Assembly (NCBI GenBank): GCA_013265495.1
Contig: MU058337.1
Span: 1,728,777-1,792,776 of the forward strand
Length of the DNA: 64,000 nucleotides
Origin: Vicugna vicugna
Taxonomy: Eukaryota
Direction: 5' to 3'
Under the pieces are notes generated by a model that was not told the DNA's origin, ran no database searches, and worked only from the letters and a program-made list of their open reading frames with translations. Each line of letters begins with the position of its first letter. Positions within the stretch are counted from its first letter, which is position 1. Positions 12,601-25,380 of this stretch are shown here, piece after piece. A program made the position numbers and the translations under genes.

Positions 12601-14329
12601 GACGCATGCATTCAGAGGCTCATAAAAACTTTGCTTTTAAAGACTCTTTGAAGGTAATTTTAGACCCAGTCCCCTCAGCAGAAATTCTCCTTTGCAGCAT
12701 TCCTATGATGTGCTGGGGATCAGGTAAGGAGGAGGTGGAGCGAAGTGAAGCTAAGTCACGCTCCAGAGGAGCGATGGGCGAATGTTAGCAAAACACCACA
12801 GTTAAGTAAAAGGTCTCCAAAGACAAGCTGTTGAGAGTTGAGTGGCCCAGGAATGGAGACAGCCGGTGGGATCTCAAGTCAGGGTCACAAGAGCAGCCTC
12901 GATTTCAGAAGTCTGGGGCCAACAGACGAAACCACATCAATTTGCATTAAGTTCAGCATCTTTGGTCCCATCAGGCTCTGAAAGAGTGAAACAGTGTTGT
13001 CGTAATCACACAGTGAAATATTTAAAAAATATCACTCTGTATCTGACATTAAATTCCAGAGCATTTCCAGCGATAAAGAACTTACCACCTTCAAGGTAGA
13101 TATTTTGACTATGTTAAAAATAAATATATAATGATAATCATATTTTAATAGCATTTATTATGAACCACTTATTATTTTGTCAAATTATTATAACTTGAGG
13201 AGAAAGTCCCCTTCAGAAAGTGGCAACTTCTCAAAGAGCGTTACATCCATACACCTGATTTATTAATATATGTTTAAATTTCTGATAATGCCTAAGGATT
13301 CTTGAATTACAAAGAAAATTACATAGCTTCTGTGTGGCCTGAAAATACTTGCTGTTGGAAATTGTGTTGAGGGATTTCGAGCTCTAGAGGGAAAACCGAT
13401 CCAAGTCCTTATGCTTCCAAGCGTCCAGTGGACAGACGGCCAATGCAAGTACTTGGTGGGGATGTGGCGGGGGGCGGTGTGGCTGGCGGAGTTCTTGTGA
13501 CAAATCTTACTCCCAAGTGGGCTGCCCTTTGTGTCTCTGTCCTTTGTGTCTCTGTGGGAGTCAGGGTCCCCCAGATGGGAGCAAGGGCCCAGTCAGCCCT
13601 GTAGGGCATCGGCTCCTATGCTCCATCTGGACCTTGTTGAGGGCCTGCTCCCTCCCATCTTCCAGGCGACCCCACTGCCTCCTCTGCTCCAGGTTCCTCC
13701 TCCTCCTCTCTCTTTGGGCTGCCGTCACTGAGTCTTAGGACTGGAGAAATGGGCTTTTCAGGTGTGTCTCTGAATCTTTCTCTCTAGAGCAGCTTACACA
13801 GACTTTGTGTCCACAGAGGAGGACCCAGTCTGTCGTTGAGGAGGGGTAAGGAGGGGTGAGGAGGGGCAAGTCCTGGGGGAGATCCCGGGAGCCTCTGTGT
13901 GGGTGGCAGGGGGAAGAGTGAGCAGTGAGGTCCCCCACGTAGGATCCCACCATGCACCCATTTCTAGAAGAAAATTTCTTTCTCTGTCTTATACATGAAC
14001 CCACACTCACATATCCAAATGCTTGCCGTTTTTGTCAAGATGACAGTATTTTTACTGATGTGTGGAAACGTATCTGGAAAACCTGAAGTGTGTCTCGCAT
14101 TTCTTTTGACCGTATTCATCTGCAGATGGCTTGTCAGGACGCGCCCATGACCACCCCGTTGGGTGGCGCTTTGTAGTGTCGATGCTTCCTTTGAATTGTT
14201 AGGCTGTTTTGGAAGCCATATTAACTCATTCAGACACAGGATCAGTAAAAAGGATACAATTAACCCCAACTGAACACTTACTATATACACCAGACACCGT
14301 GGAAAGTTCTCTTCATGGATTAATCGTCA

Positions 14330-14510
14330 CAATGGCCAATTGTAGCACATCAGAATCATGTAGAAGGCATATTAAAACCCGGGTGGCTGGCCCCACCTCC
14401 AGAATTTTTTATTCAGTTGGTCTGGGGTGGGACTGAGAATCTGCCTTTCCCACAGGGTGCTAGGTGATGCTGCGGCTTCTGGCCCAGGGACCACACTTGG
14501 AGAACCACTG
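14330..14510 (+). mobile_element. MER5A (hAT-Charlie non-autonomous DNA transposon)
   Basis: catcagaatca, ggccccacctccaga, attcagttggtctggggtggg and gggaccacacttggagaaccactg follow the MER5A consensus. Right terminal repeat GAGAACCACTG is intact, left is degenerate. Confidence 0.85.
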
Positions 14511-17500
14511 ATGGAGAAGCAGGCTTGATGGGATTTCTGTCAGAATCACCTGGGGACTCAGGTCAGGGCGGAAGAATGCCTGATAATATATTACTTGCCA
14601 GTAACTAAGCGATCCTAAGTGCCCCCCCACCCCCGGTAGGTTTAGTAATACCAGTGTTACGTTCAAGCGCATCTTGAGCTGGAGGTGAATTACGACAAGT
14701 TTGAAAGCTCTGCTCTTTGGAGAGTAGGTGTGTGATGGGAGAGGATGGTGACACGAATTTCTCTGATTTGCTCTTGGGGGAAAACGAATCTTAAATTTTA
14801 AGGAGCATCAATTTGACACGATTCAAAGCTTCGACTTCACTAAATCAAAATTTTCATCTTTAGGTCTGGAGCTTTCAAAAGTTTTGATCTTAACCAAAGT
14901 ATCAAGCTTATAAACATATTTTTCTTTCTCCCCCACAATAACAGTCTTTTAATCACTTTGCTTTTGTAAGAAGTGGTGTGAAGTATTTTGCATGAGTAAT
15001 TATAGTTATGTAGGCTCCACTGCAAATTTTTTGTACTAAGTAAAATGATTTTTACTCTAAGGACTTAAAAAATACTTGGCTAGCATACTAAATACTTTCA
15101 TGTGTCATACTACAATGGCCTATAGTTTTAAATTTGCAAGTAATTCATAGGTGACAAGAATGCTATTCAGATTGCATATTTTCCATTCTAACAGATTTAT
15201 ATTTAATATGAGTAACTGACATACACCATAAATGAAATAGCAAGTTTTCTTTATGGTTGGTAATAGGACCCTTTTATGCAGGAGAAGCAGTAAAAAAAAA
15301 AAAGGAGAAGAAGAAGAAGAGGGAAAAAAAAAAGAATCCAAACAGTATATTTGACTTTCCCTGTTCTGATGAAAGTTGTAGCATTACTTTCTAGTATATT
15401 TATATTTTTATTAGGCAGTGTGTGAATATATGCGTAATTTACTAAAAGGACATATTTAGCTACTTACCTAGTTATTGTACTAAATATCCCACTACATTCT
15501 TACACACAGTATTTCATAAGCAGGCTCTGGTTTTGCCATCTCATGTACATTGTTGATTTAAGTTAATTCATTTACTGAATTAAATTATAGAAGGAAAATG
15601 TGAATCGTATGAGGGAGATGTCTGTTTCCCAGTTGCCTCCTTCTGGTTTGGACGTCCCACATTTTTATCCTCCCCTGTCCTCTGCTCCTGCTGAGACATC
15701 TGCACACTCAGAGTTACCAACATGGCGGGTCATACTCCCGCTCTGTGGCGGGGGCAGCCGGGGATGTTGATTTGAAGTGGAATCAGTCTTACTGGTCCAC
15801 CTGGCCCACTGCTCATGTCTTTGTACGGATGTAGTCCTAGAGCTTCTGCTCAGTGGCTGAACTTCCTTCCATGGTCCACTTTTCCCAATGTGAACTAGTC
15901 ATTGAATTTCATATTTTTTTCCCTTTATTGGCTAGTTTGTACAATCTGGAAAATTTTCTCAGCTATCTTCACATCCTCAGGCAGCTTTCCTTACAACACA
16001 GGCAATTTATATATCAGGTCCATTTCCTAATTTTTCACTGGACACACACAATTCCCCTCTTTCCGTACAGAGGGTCTCATGTTCTTATTGCTCACAAGAG
16101 CTGCCCAGTTCTCCTTGGACCAGAACCAGTGTCTTCTCATTTTGCCCCACCTAAACCTAAGTGTCTCTTATTTTATGTTAATATGGGATGAAGAACCTCA
16201 TTTTGACTTACAAGTTAGAGACATCAGCAATCCATTCTGTTAAATTCAATTTTTACTAAAACTTTCTGTTGTTTTTCTGCTCTCTCACACACAGCACTGT
16301 TTCAGTCCCTTTTCTTTTACTCGTGGGTAATTGTTGCTCTTTCTCTTATCTTAGTTAAAAAATAAGTAGAGTGAAAGAAAACAAAGGGAAGTAGATTGAC
16401 TGAGTGTCTTATTATTTGGGCCTATTTAAAGGTCTTGTACTAAAGTTCCCTTGAAACACTTTTCCTGATTGAATTCTAATTTCAGTTAGTATCTGTTCCC
16501 TAAAACTCCACAACAATATAATATTGATTTTGCTCCTTTGTTTTATTTCTGCATGAACTTATTTAATACAGGGAATAACATTAGCAAACCTTTCAGATCA
16601 ATAGAGCTTTACTTATATGCAATAGTGCACATTTCTTATGAATGCATTAGAGCAAGTAGAAATTCATTTTTAACAGGTTAATGTTGAAAATTCCTAATTA
16701 TAACCTAAGTGTTGCCTGGGTGGGAAATGCTGAGGTTTAATTTAAGCCTATTTTTTAGTTTATAGATTTAAAACCTTTCTTTCATTTTGTGTGAGGCTGT
16801 GAATGGATCTAAATAAAATTCTAGTTTGCAACTTATTTACGTTTTCATATTTATTTTACATCTCCAAGCAGGGGGAAAAATGGCTTGAGTTCATTTATTT
16901 CACATTTTAGTTCAATGGCAAACATTTAGTTAAAAAAATTAACTCTTTCCTGAGTATCAAAGATTGATTTCTTTCAAATTATTGATCCAAAGCACATGGA
17001 AAATGCAGAAGTGCTCATTGTAGGTTAGGAATTATTCTCGGGCATTCTTGATGTAAAGAGTGAGACTTTCCCAACTTTAAATCTGTGTTGTCCTGGAATT
17101 CTTCACTATAGTAAGTTTCATTTATCATATTCATTAGCAGCTGATTATAGTTGGAGAAACCAGAAAATTTGGTTTTTATTAGAAGTGTATTAGAAAAATT
17201 AAGATTCAGCAGGAAATGCATTTCAGCTTTTTGCTATTTCAGTAATGTAATTTTGGGGCTAAAAGATTAGTTGATATTTTTCTCTAAAAATTATTATTTG
17301 TTGAATCTACTCATGAAAAAATAAGTTAAGAAAGGAGATCTTGTTTTTCATCTTCTCTTGAGACAGAAGATCTCTTTAGGGTTTCACACGTGACAGCTCA
17401 GATATATATGGTCTATGGCATCACTTCTGGATCATCATAGAGCTTAAGCCACACAAGGGAGTGGGGGCCTAGGAAGGGTCCCTGATAGCAAAGATACTGC

Positions 17501-17938
17501 TACGTATCTAGGTCATGATCAGGGATTATTATTATTATTACAGTTGGATTAATTCCTAGATATTAATCAAATGTTATTCTTTAAAAAAATGCATACTGTT
17601 CTATCAACTTATTACTACTGAAATGCAAACCTATTTTGAAGCATGGAAATATTGGGAAACCTTGATGTCCAGGTCCTGACCATCTCTCTCTCCTTCTAAT
17701 AGGTAACAGTAGTAACTATACGATAAAATAATTTGATGCACAGACAAAACGTTATCATGAGCTTACAGAAAATCTCCTACATCTGTGTAGTAAAACACAC
17801 TGACGATGATTTAATGCATTATGATATAAAAAGGTAGACACATCCTCCCAAATCAACTAATCAGATGAAACAAGTTTCTGACTGCTTAACTCTCCCTTTA
17901 AATGAAGTCGGACTTTAAGGCTGGAGGAATAACTCTCC

Positions 17939-18096
17939 NNNNNNNNNNNNNNNNNNNNNNNNNNNNNNNNNNNNNNNNNNNNNNNNNNNNNNNNNNNNNN
18001 NNNNNNNNNNNNNNNNNNNNNNNNNNNNNNNNNNNNNNNNNNNNNNNNNNNNNNNNNNNNNNNNNNNNNNNNNNNNNNNNNNNNNNNNNNNNNNNN
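17939..18096. other. Assembly gap (158 N) inside L1
   Basis: Run of N. Confidence 0.99.
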
Positions 18097-18989
18097 TGGA
18101 ATAAAAGACAGTCTCTTCAGCAAATGGTGTTGGGAAAACTGGACAGCAGCATGTAAAACAATGAAGCTAGAACACTCCCTTACACCATGAACAAAAATCA
18201 ACTCAAAATGGATCAAAGACTTAAATATAAGACAAGATACAATAAACCGCCTAGAAGAATAGGCAAAACATTATCTGACATACATCTCAAAAATGTTCTC
18301 CTTGAACAGTCTACCCAAGCAATAGAAATAAAAGCAAGAATAAACAAATGGGACCTAATGAAATTTACAAGCTTCTGCACAGCAAAGGAAACCATAAGTA
18401 AAACAAAAAGACAACCTACGGAATGGGAGAAAATTTTTGCAAATGAAACCAACAAAGGCTTGATCTCAGAATATATAAGCAGTTCATATGACTCAATAAG
18501 AAAAAACAAACAATCCAATCCAAAAATGGGCATAAAATCTAAACAAGCAGTTCTCCAAGGAAGAAATACAAATAAATGATCAATAGGCACATGAAAAAAT
18601 GCTCAGTGTGACTAATTATCAGAGAAATGCAAATCAAAACTACAGTGAGGTAAAACCTCACATCAGTCAGAATGGCCATCATTCGAAAGTCCACAAATGA
18701 CAAATGCTGGAGAGGCTGTGGAGAAAAGGGAGCCCTCCATCACTGCTGGTGGGAATGCAGTTTGGTGTAGCCACTGTGGAAAACAGGATGGAGATTCCTC
18801 AAAAGACTAGGAACAGACTTACCATATGACCCAGAAATCCCACTCCAGGGCATATATCCAGAAGGAACCCTACTTCAAAAAGACACCTGCATCCCAATGT
18901 TCATAGCAGCACTATTTACAATAGCCAAGACATGGAAACAGCCTAAATGTCCATCAACAGGTGACTGGATAAAGAAGAAGTGGTATATT

Positions 18990-19089
18990 NNNNNNNNNNN
19001 NNNNNNNNNNNNNNNNNNNNNNNNNNNNNNNNNNNNNNNNNNNNNNNNNNNNNNNNNNNNNNNNNNNNNNNNNNNNNNNNNNNNNNNNN
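18990..19089. other. Assembly gap (100 N) inside L1
   Basis: Run of N. Exactly 100 suggests a default unknown-size gap. Confidence 0.99.
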
Positions 19090-20469
19090 AAAAAAAAAAA
19101 AAAAACCAAAAGAGAACCCTAATAAGAGGAAACAAAAAAAAAAAAAAAAGGAACGTAAATGCAAAACAGAAACAGACTCATAGACGTAGAATACAAATTT
19201 GTGGTTGCCAAGGGGGTGGGGGTGGGAAGGGACAGAATGGGATTTCAAAATTCATAGATACTGACAGGCATATGGAGAATAGATAAACAAGATTGTACTG
19301 TGTAGCACAGGGAAATATATACAAGATCTTGTGGTAGCTCACAGTGAAAAAAAAGTGACAATGGATATATGTATGTGCATGTATAACTGAAAAATTGTGC
19401 TCTACACTGGTATTTGACACAACATTGTAAAATGGGTATAACTCAATAAAAAAAAAAGTAAAGAAAAAAAATGAGGTCAGACTTTAAAAGAGCAAATGTT
19501 GTTTAATTGCAAGGGTCACATGATCAGCACAACTGGGGGGCAAACTCCGTGGGGTGCTTTGGGTCCAGTGGGAAGGAGCATACACCTCTCTTCAATCACA
19601 GACCAGTCAGAACATGTTACTCCAGCAAATCATCTCATTTTACTTGGCAGCTTCTTAGATGTTTGAATATTTTGCTGGAGTTTATTAAACCAAATGAGTT
19701 GCTGCAGGATGTTAGACAGAGAGATTGCGGACAGATAGCAAGTCTCAAGCTGTGTACTTTTCTCTTTCCGGTGGACGTGTCCTGTCAGAACCATGGTACT
19801 GTCTGTCACGGGGGAGCGGCCAGGCGATTTTCCTCCCCATCAGATGTAAATTCTATAAAACTGTGTCAATGGACGCCCACAGCTAGAAACTTGTTTCCCC
19901 CCACCTTCTCCCTGCTGTGTTAAATTCCTAAATGTACTTAAGCCTGCACTTGGTGCCCAGTGCTGTTGAGAACAAATTCGTCAGCAAAGTGAGCTGATGG
20001 AGTGCTCTGTGGGTGGTATTTTTTTTTCCCTTTTAAGAAGTGTCTTGAGTTCTGAGACTCATGTGCATTTCCCCCAGATCAGCTCTTGGCCTCGCTGAGT
20101 AATTTTCCTCTTGTTGGTGTGTCACGTGGTTTAATGGTAGACTTTCCGTGGCCTCTTCTGTGGTAACTGCAGTGCTTCAGGACCAGCTGGGGCACTGTTC
20201 AGCTTGTAAGGGTCTTTATAGTTTTTAATGGGCCAGACTGGCGCATAGTCATAAGACTCAGCAGAACAACTGGCAGAAAAAATTAGGACTTCTCAGGGAG
20301 ATTAATGACCGTTAGGACTTTTCTTTGGATGGTCCCGCCACTGGGCCTCTGGTCTTAATCAAAACCAAGTGAAAACTTTGAGCCAGTGTCTAGAGTCGGC
20401 ATTGGTGCTTTTATAACGTGGTTGGAAAAATTCTAACAGAGAGACTCTGCTGCCTCTGATGATTGTAGT

Positions 20470-21140
20470 GCATTCACTCATTTAATCAACACACTATGGT
20501 GTGCCCGGCATGGGGAGACCACGAAAAATAAAACCCAGAGTGCCCTCTAGCATCTCTTAGCTGGAAAGAAGTGACAGATGTGTAAACACATGGCCAGGAC
20601 ACAATATAACACAGAGGGGACAAAGCACTGGGGTGGTTCCAATGGCGGTGGCCAGCTGGTCTTGGAGAGAAGAGAGGTTTTTACAGAGCGGGAGGTTTCT
20701 GAAGGATCAATAGGAGTTCTCTGTGTTCATTGAGCAGGAGAGTGTGTTTCAAACAGAGAGAAGTCTTTGAAAACGGATAAAAGCAGGAAGTAGCCTGATG
20801 TGTTCACAAACTATTAAGGGCTTGATGCGGCTGGAAGTGTGGAGTGCAGGGGTCAGGGAGCAGGCGAGGGGGACAGTGGGAGGTGAACCCAGAGAGAGAG
20901 CGAGGCCAGATGATCACAGATGTCGCACACGAGGGGAAGCTGTTTGGAGCGTTGGAACCACGGAAGGGCTTTGAAGCAGATTGTGACACGGTGAGAGGGA
21001 TGGTTTTGAAAACTCACTTGAGCATCAGAAAGGAGTGTGAATGAGAGGCTCTCAGGCTAGAGGCAGGGAGGTCAGGAGGGAGGAAAGTGAAATGATCCAG
21101 AAGAAAGGTGAGGCTGCAGCCTCACCAGCTCCCAGGAAGG
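20470..21140 (-). mobile_element. L2 LINE fragment
   Basis: Starts with cattcactcatttaatcaaca (antisense L2 tail), then purine-rich antisense L2 body such as ggaagggctttgaagcag and gctagaggcagggaggtcaggaggg. Confidence 0.7.
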
Positions 21141-21639
21141 TCGGGGCTCTGGCAGCAAAACAGACTTGTCATGAAGTGAAAGCTGAAGCCATGACTCACT
21201 TAAGACAGGGAGCCTGAGATGTGTGGGAGCCTCAGGGAGGCTGAGAAGCAGCCTCACACCTATTTGGAGTGGACACAGAGGAGAGCTTCAGAACAGGAGC
21301 GCTGATCTAGAAGGCGTGAAGGATAACGAACAATTAGAGGAACATGACGTCCGTGAAATTAATTAGGCTGGTGGCTTTGAAAGGCCTTTGTGCCTGTGAA
21401 GTTGTGTGCAAACATTAGACGTTGCTGTTATCTTCCTCACGCTAAGAGAACCCGGGCACGGGCCCCGTCAGGGGGGCGGCTGTGCTTGTCCTGTTCCAGA
21501 GCCATAGAAATAAACCTGGACCACGTCACAGGCCACCAATGCATCGCTGCAAAACATGTCTCACCAATAACATGGCACAGGCTTTGCGTCTGTGTATGAA
21601 GAATATCATACAAATATTCTTGCATATTCTGGTAAATTT

Positions 21640-22280
21640 TCATTCAATTCAACCAACTTTTCCAGAGCCCTTACTATGTCTTGTGTGGAGTCCAACAGTC
21701 AACCAGACCCAGCCCCTGTCTGCCCCACTCATTCTCGTGGAGGAAACCATAGGTGAGCGGGAATTTCAGGTACATAATCCAAGGGGGAAAACACGGTGTG
21801 GGCTGACTGCAGGGCACTCTAGGGAGCTCCTAGCTGGTCTTAAGGGTCAAGAAGGTCGTCACATCGAAGCCCAGACTTGAGAGGGGCAGGAATTAGCCAA
21901 GAAAAAGAAGTTGTCTATTGGGAGCATAGGAGAAATCTGGATTTCTGGAGGTGCAAGAGAACATCCCTATGTTGGGAGTATAGTCGAGAACATCAGGGAG
22001 GCGGAGGACCAGCGGATGGACTGGCCACTGTGTACGATGCAGAGCGTGGTGTGGAGGAAGCTCAGACAGCTCAAAGCACAGTTACCTAAGAGATGGCAGT
22101 GTCCTGCACATGTGACACTGGAGATGGGTGAGTGGGTGGGATGGAGAGGAATTTAGGAGGTCGCACTGGCGAGACTCGGCGGTGGGTTGGATGCGGGGCG
22201 GAGAGCCAGGGAAGTTCAGTTGAGAAGTGCCGGCTGTGGTTTGTGCAGCTGGGTGCAATGATGTGCAATTAATCGGGGTG
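21640..22280 (-). mobile_element. L2 LINE fragment
   Basis: ttcattcaattcaacc...cttactatgtc tail and ggatggagaggaatttaggaggt...actggcgagactcgg...ggttggatg, typical of antisense L2. Confidence 0.65.
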
Positions 22281-22701
22281 TTAATTTAGTATGAAAATCA
22301 CTGCTTCATATTACATTTCACTTTACACTTTCACAGGAGATTTAGTTATTTTTGCTATGCAGTGATATGATCAAATACCCCAAGTTGCTCTTTAAGATGA
22401 AAGAAAAATGTAAATGAGCAGTCACCTAGGACCACAGAAACAAAGGCGCTCCATTCACAGAGGAGAATGACACGGGAGGAAGAGCAGGTGTGGAGAGAGG
22501 ATGAAGGTGTCGGGTTCAGGAGGGACCCTGGAGAGTGAGCATCAAAGCAGGTGTTCAGGACAGAGCCTCTGGCGATGTGTGTGCCAAGACCAGGCAAAGA
22601 GCTGGGTGGTCGGTCTCTGGGAAGTCTTTCTAGGTCCCTGGTTCAGAACAAGAAACTAGCTCCCCTGGGTGGCCAGCAGTAATAAATTAAACTTATGCCA
22701 C

Positions 22702-23135
22702 TGTATTAGAGCTGCTGTAACACAGTGCCATGAACTGGGGGGGCTCAAGATGACATAAACTGAGTAGAACAGCTCTGAAAGCCGGGAATTCCAAATCAAG
22801 GTGTTGGCAGGGCCCTGCGCCCTCTCCCACTTTCTGATGTCGTCGCGCTCTTTGGCACGTGGCCCCATGACTCCAGAATGCCTTAGTCTTCACGTGGCAT
22901 CTCCCCTCTACATGTCTGTCTTCCTGTGGCGTCTCCCCTTTACATATTCTTGATGCTTCTTACAAGGACACCAATCATGGAATGAACAGTCCTCGCTTCT
23001 CCAGTATGAACTCACACCTTATTGACATCTGCAAAGACTCTATTTCCAAATAAGGTCATATTCACAAGCAGGAAGGGTAGGACCTCAACATGTCTTTTTG
23101 TGGGGGGATGTGAAGGAGACACTTCACTCTTCAGT
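22702..23135 (-). mobile_element. MLT1 (B/C-like) MaLR solo LTR
   Basis: tgtattag...gctgctgtaaca start, tccaaatcaaggtgttggcaggg, and atctgcaaagactctatttccaaataaggtcatattcac. Possible 5-bp TSD gccac (22697-22701 and 23136-23140). Confidence 0.8.
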
Positions 23136-23514
23136 GCCACACTAAGTGTGAACTCAGCAACAACTCTTCTGCGACCTGTGTGGGGCTGGTCATGGTGATG
23201 GAAAGTGATCGCCTAACCATCATGTTCTCTAGAAGTGGGGCCAGAGGAAAGGTTATGGACCACCAGGGATAGATGCAGAGAACAAAGTTCAGACAAGACG
23301 GCCAGCAGCCTGTGCAATCTATTCCAGGGGAGCAAACCCTGGTCAGAGAGTCTAGGGGAGCAAGAGGTCGCTAGTAAGGCTGACATTCAGAGAGTATTAT
23401 GTGCCCATGGTTGGCAGCTCACACAGGTCTATAAATCCAGGAGGGTATGTGAATAATCTAGAAGTGAGTTTATAAACCACCAGGAGACAAGTACTGACCA
23501 GAGTATTGAAGAGT

Positions 23515-23680
23515 AGATTTGCACATATTAACTCATTTAATCCTACCAAAAAATTGATGGGTTAGGCTCTGTGGTAACTGGTCTTGTATGGATGCGTCCC
23601 AGGTTGCATAACCAGTAGGAGGCAGATCTCAGCTTTCAGCACAAGGGTCTCATTGCAGAGCCTGGAACATAACGCCCTGC
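23515..23680 (-). mobile_element. MIR fragment
   Basis: tgcacatattaactcatttaatccta matches the antisense MIR tail. Confidence 0.45.
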
Positions 23681-25129
23681 TCTTGGAAATCACTCAGGGA
23701 TTCTTAAACATATGCCATCGCTTCTGGGTGCCATCCCTGTAAAGCCTTCCCAGGCAAGCTGCCTCCCTGATGTTGCACAGAAGAAACCTCCATATGCTTG
23801 AGTCCCACTGCGGCAGCTCCAACGTTTCATTCATTGAAGTGTCTTGCGGGCTGTGCCCCACTGTACTGTGTGAGCCTCAGATGGGATAAATGGAAAAGGG
23901 CTTTGGAAGCTGAACATGAATTATTTGTGATAATGTCGTCTCTCAGGGACTGGTCTCTTGGTCACTATCCTCTCTGTCACTTTGCATTCTTCTGCCTGAG
24001 AGCCTTCCTAATGTCTGCAGCGTTTCTCTGACTTGGCTCTTTCACTCATATTTCTAAGAAAGTTCTCAAGGCATTTTGAGGTTGGCTCAATACTTTTACA
24101 GTTGATAACAATACAGAAAGAGAAAAGTTAAAATAATGCTTGTGAGCAATTTCAGAAGCCTTGACGTCTGGCGGTGGCAGTGCCTCTGGTCCCCTGGGGA
24201 TGGAAATGGAGCCAGTGGTGCTGATTCTGACCGTCATCACTGATCAAGCCATCAAGTCCAGCCCTTCCAGCCAATTACCCTGTCTTTTGTATGCTGGGAC
24301 TAGTTTCCTCAATTGTGCAATCTCAGGATATCTCTTCTACCTCCCATTTTTTCCCCAGAGAGCTAAACCAGCAGATCCCAAGATGGGGAAGTTACAAAAA
24401 GAAGAGGTATTTAAGGTCAGAATTTCTCCTATAATGTTTGAAATGAGATCCATTTGCATTCCAGAGTATATTGAGTGTAAAAATTCAATTGCCTCATTTT
24501 CAATGCCATCTTAGATCAATCATGGCCGCATAGAGGTCACCTGTGCAGGGCCCAGTGTGGGTGTGAGGGGCTTCCTCATCCCCAGTGTGTGTGCAGATGG
24601 AGCAGTACCGCACCTTTCTCTCTCTGATATTTTCCCTCTGGACGCCAGCCCTACCGTGGGACACTTAGAAGCGAAACTCCTAAATGGTGCCTTATTCATG
24701 GTAATTTCTACAGCAAGAGTAAGAGGTGTTTGGTGTAGATTTAGTGTTAGCAGGAACACAAATCTCTCCCGTAGCGCCCGTGAGCAGAACAAGTTGATGA
24801 TATAGAGAATTTATGACCTGGGGGATCATTTATTTCAAATAAAATTAGAAAACCCAAGCACTACTTTGGGATTTTGGAAAACTTGCCTGTTCAAGTCCCA
24901 GAGTTGACATACTTGAAATATAGAAAGTGTCACTTCACAAAAAAACAATGGATTAATCTGTACCCTTGAATTAGAGCCAGGAGAAAGATTACTAAAGACA
25001 AAGAAGTCACTCTTGAGGGGATATGCCAACTCTGTTTCTTGCTTCTAGAATATTCACATACCCATCTGGATATATAAGGCAACTTAGTAACGTTTGATGT
25101 CCTCCTTTTTCAGTCTGCAAAAGCAATAT

Positions 25130-25380
25130 GTAATAATGATAGTTGTCATTAATTGAGGGTTTACCACCCTGTGCTGGGGGTATGCTTTGATACCACTTTG
25201 GTTTTCTCTAGTTGATTTTATCAGGTGGTACATTTCCTCTTTTTCTGATGGAGAAAGCAGGAAGGTTATATAACTTGTTTAAGATCATACAGCTGTTAAG
25301 TGTTAAAACCTGGATTGAGAACTAGGGTCAGTGTGGTTTCAATGTCCAAACTCTTTTCAAAAATACTATGACACCTCTCC
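25130..25380 (-). mobile_element. MIR SINE
   Basis: cattaattgagggtttacc near the start, then taacttgtttaagatcatacagctgttaagtg and ctggattgagaactagg. Confidence 0.65.

Larger units (their letters stand above)
17919..19468 (+). mobile_element. 5'-truncated camelid L1: disrupted ORF2 C-terminus, 3' UTR and poly(A)
   Basis: ORF2 motifs AGGITL, KARINKWDLMKFTSFCTAKET and the Cys-rich knuckle [18 protein letters not shown] (~18705-18765). G-tract in the 3' UTR and an A tail. 19-bp TSD with 2 mismatches: aaatgaagtcggactttaa (17900-17918) and aaatgaggtcagactttaa (19469-19487). Contains two N gaps. Confidence 0.95.

Noticed and set aside
15650-16200. Possible L1 ORF1 or ERV pol remnant (ENFPD and INIPGCP on the - strand)
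   Set aside because: Only isolated short motifs; flanking translation does not continue the alignment in any frame.
18187-18579. 130-aa ORF as a protein-coding gene
   Set aside because: It is a frameshifted piece of L1 ORF2 in a truncated element. The same applies to ORFs at 18897, 37877, 38393 and 38545.
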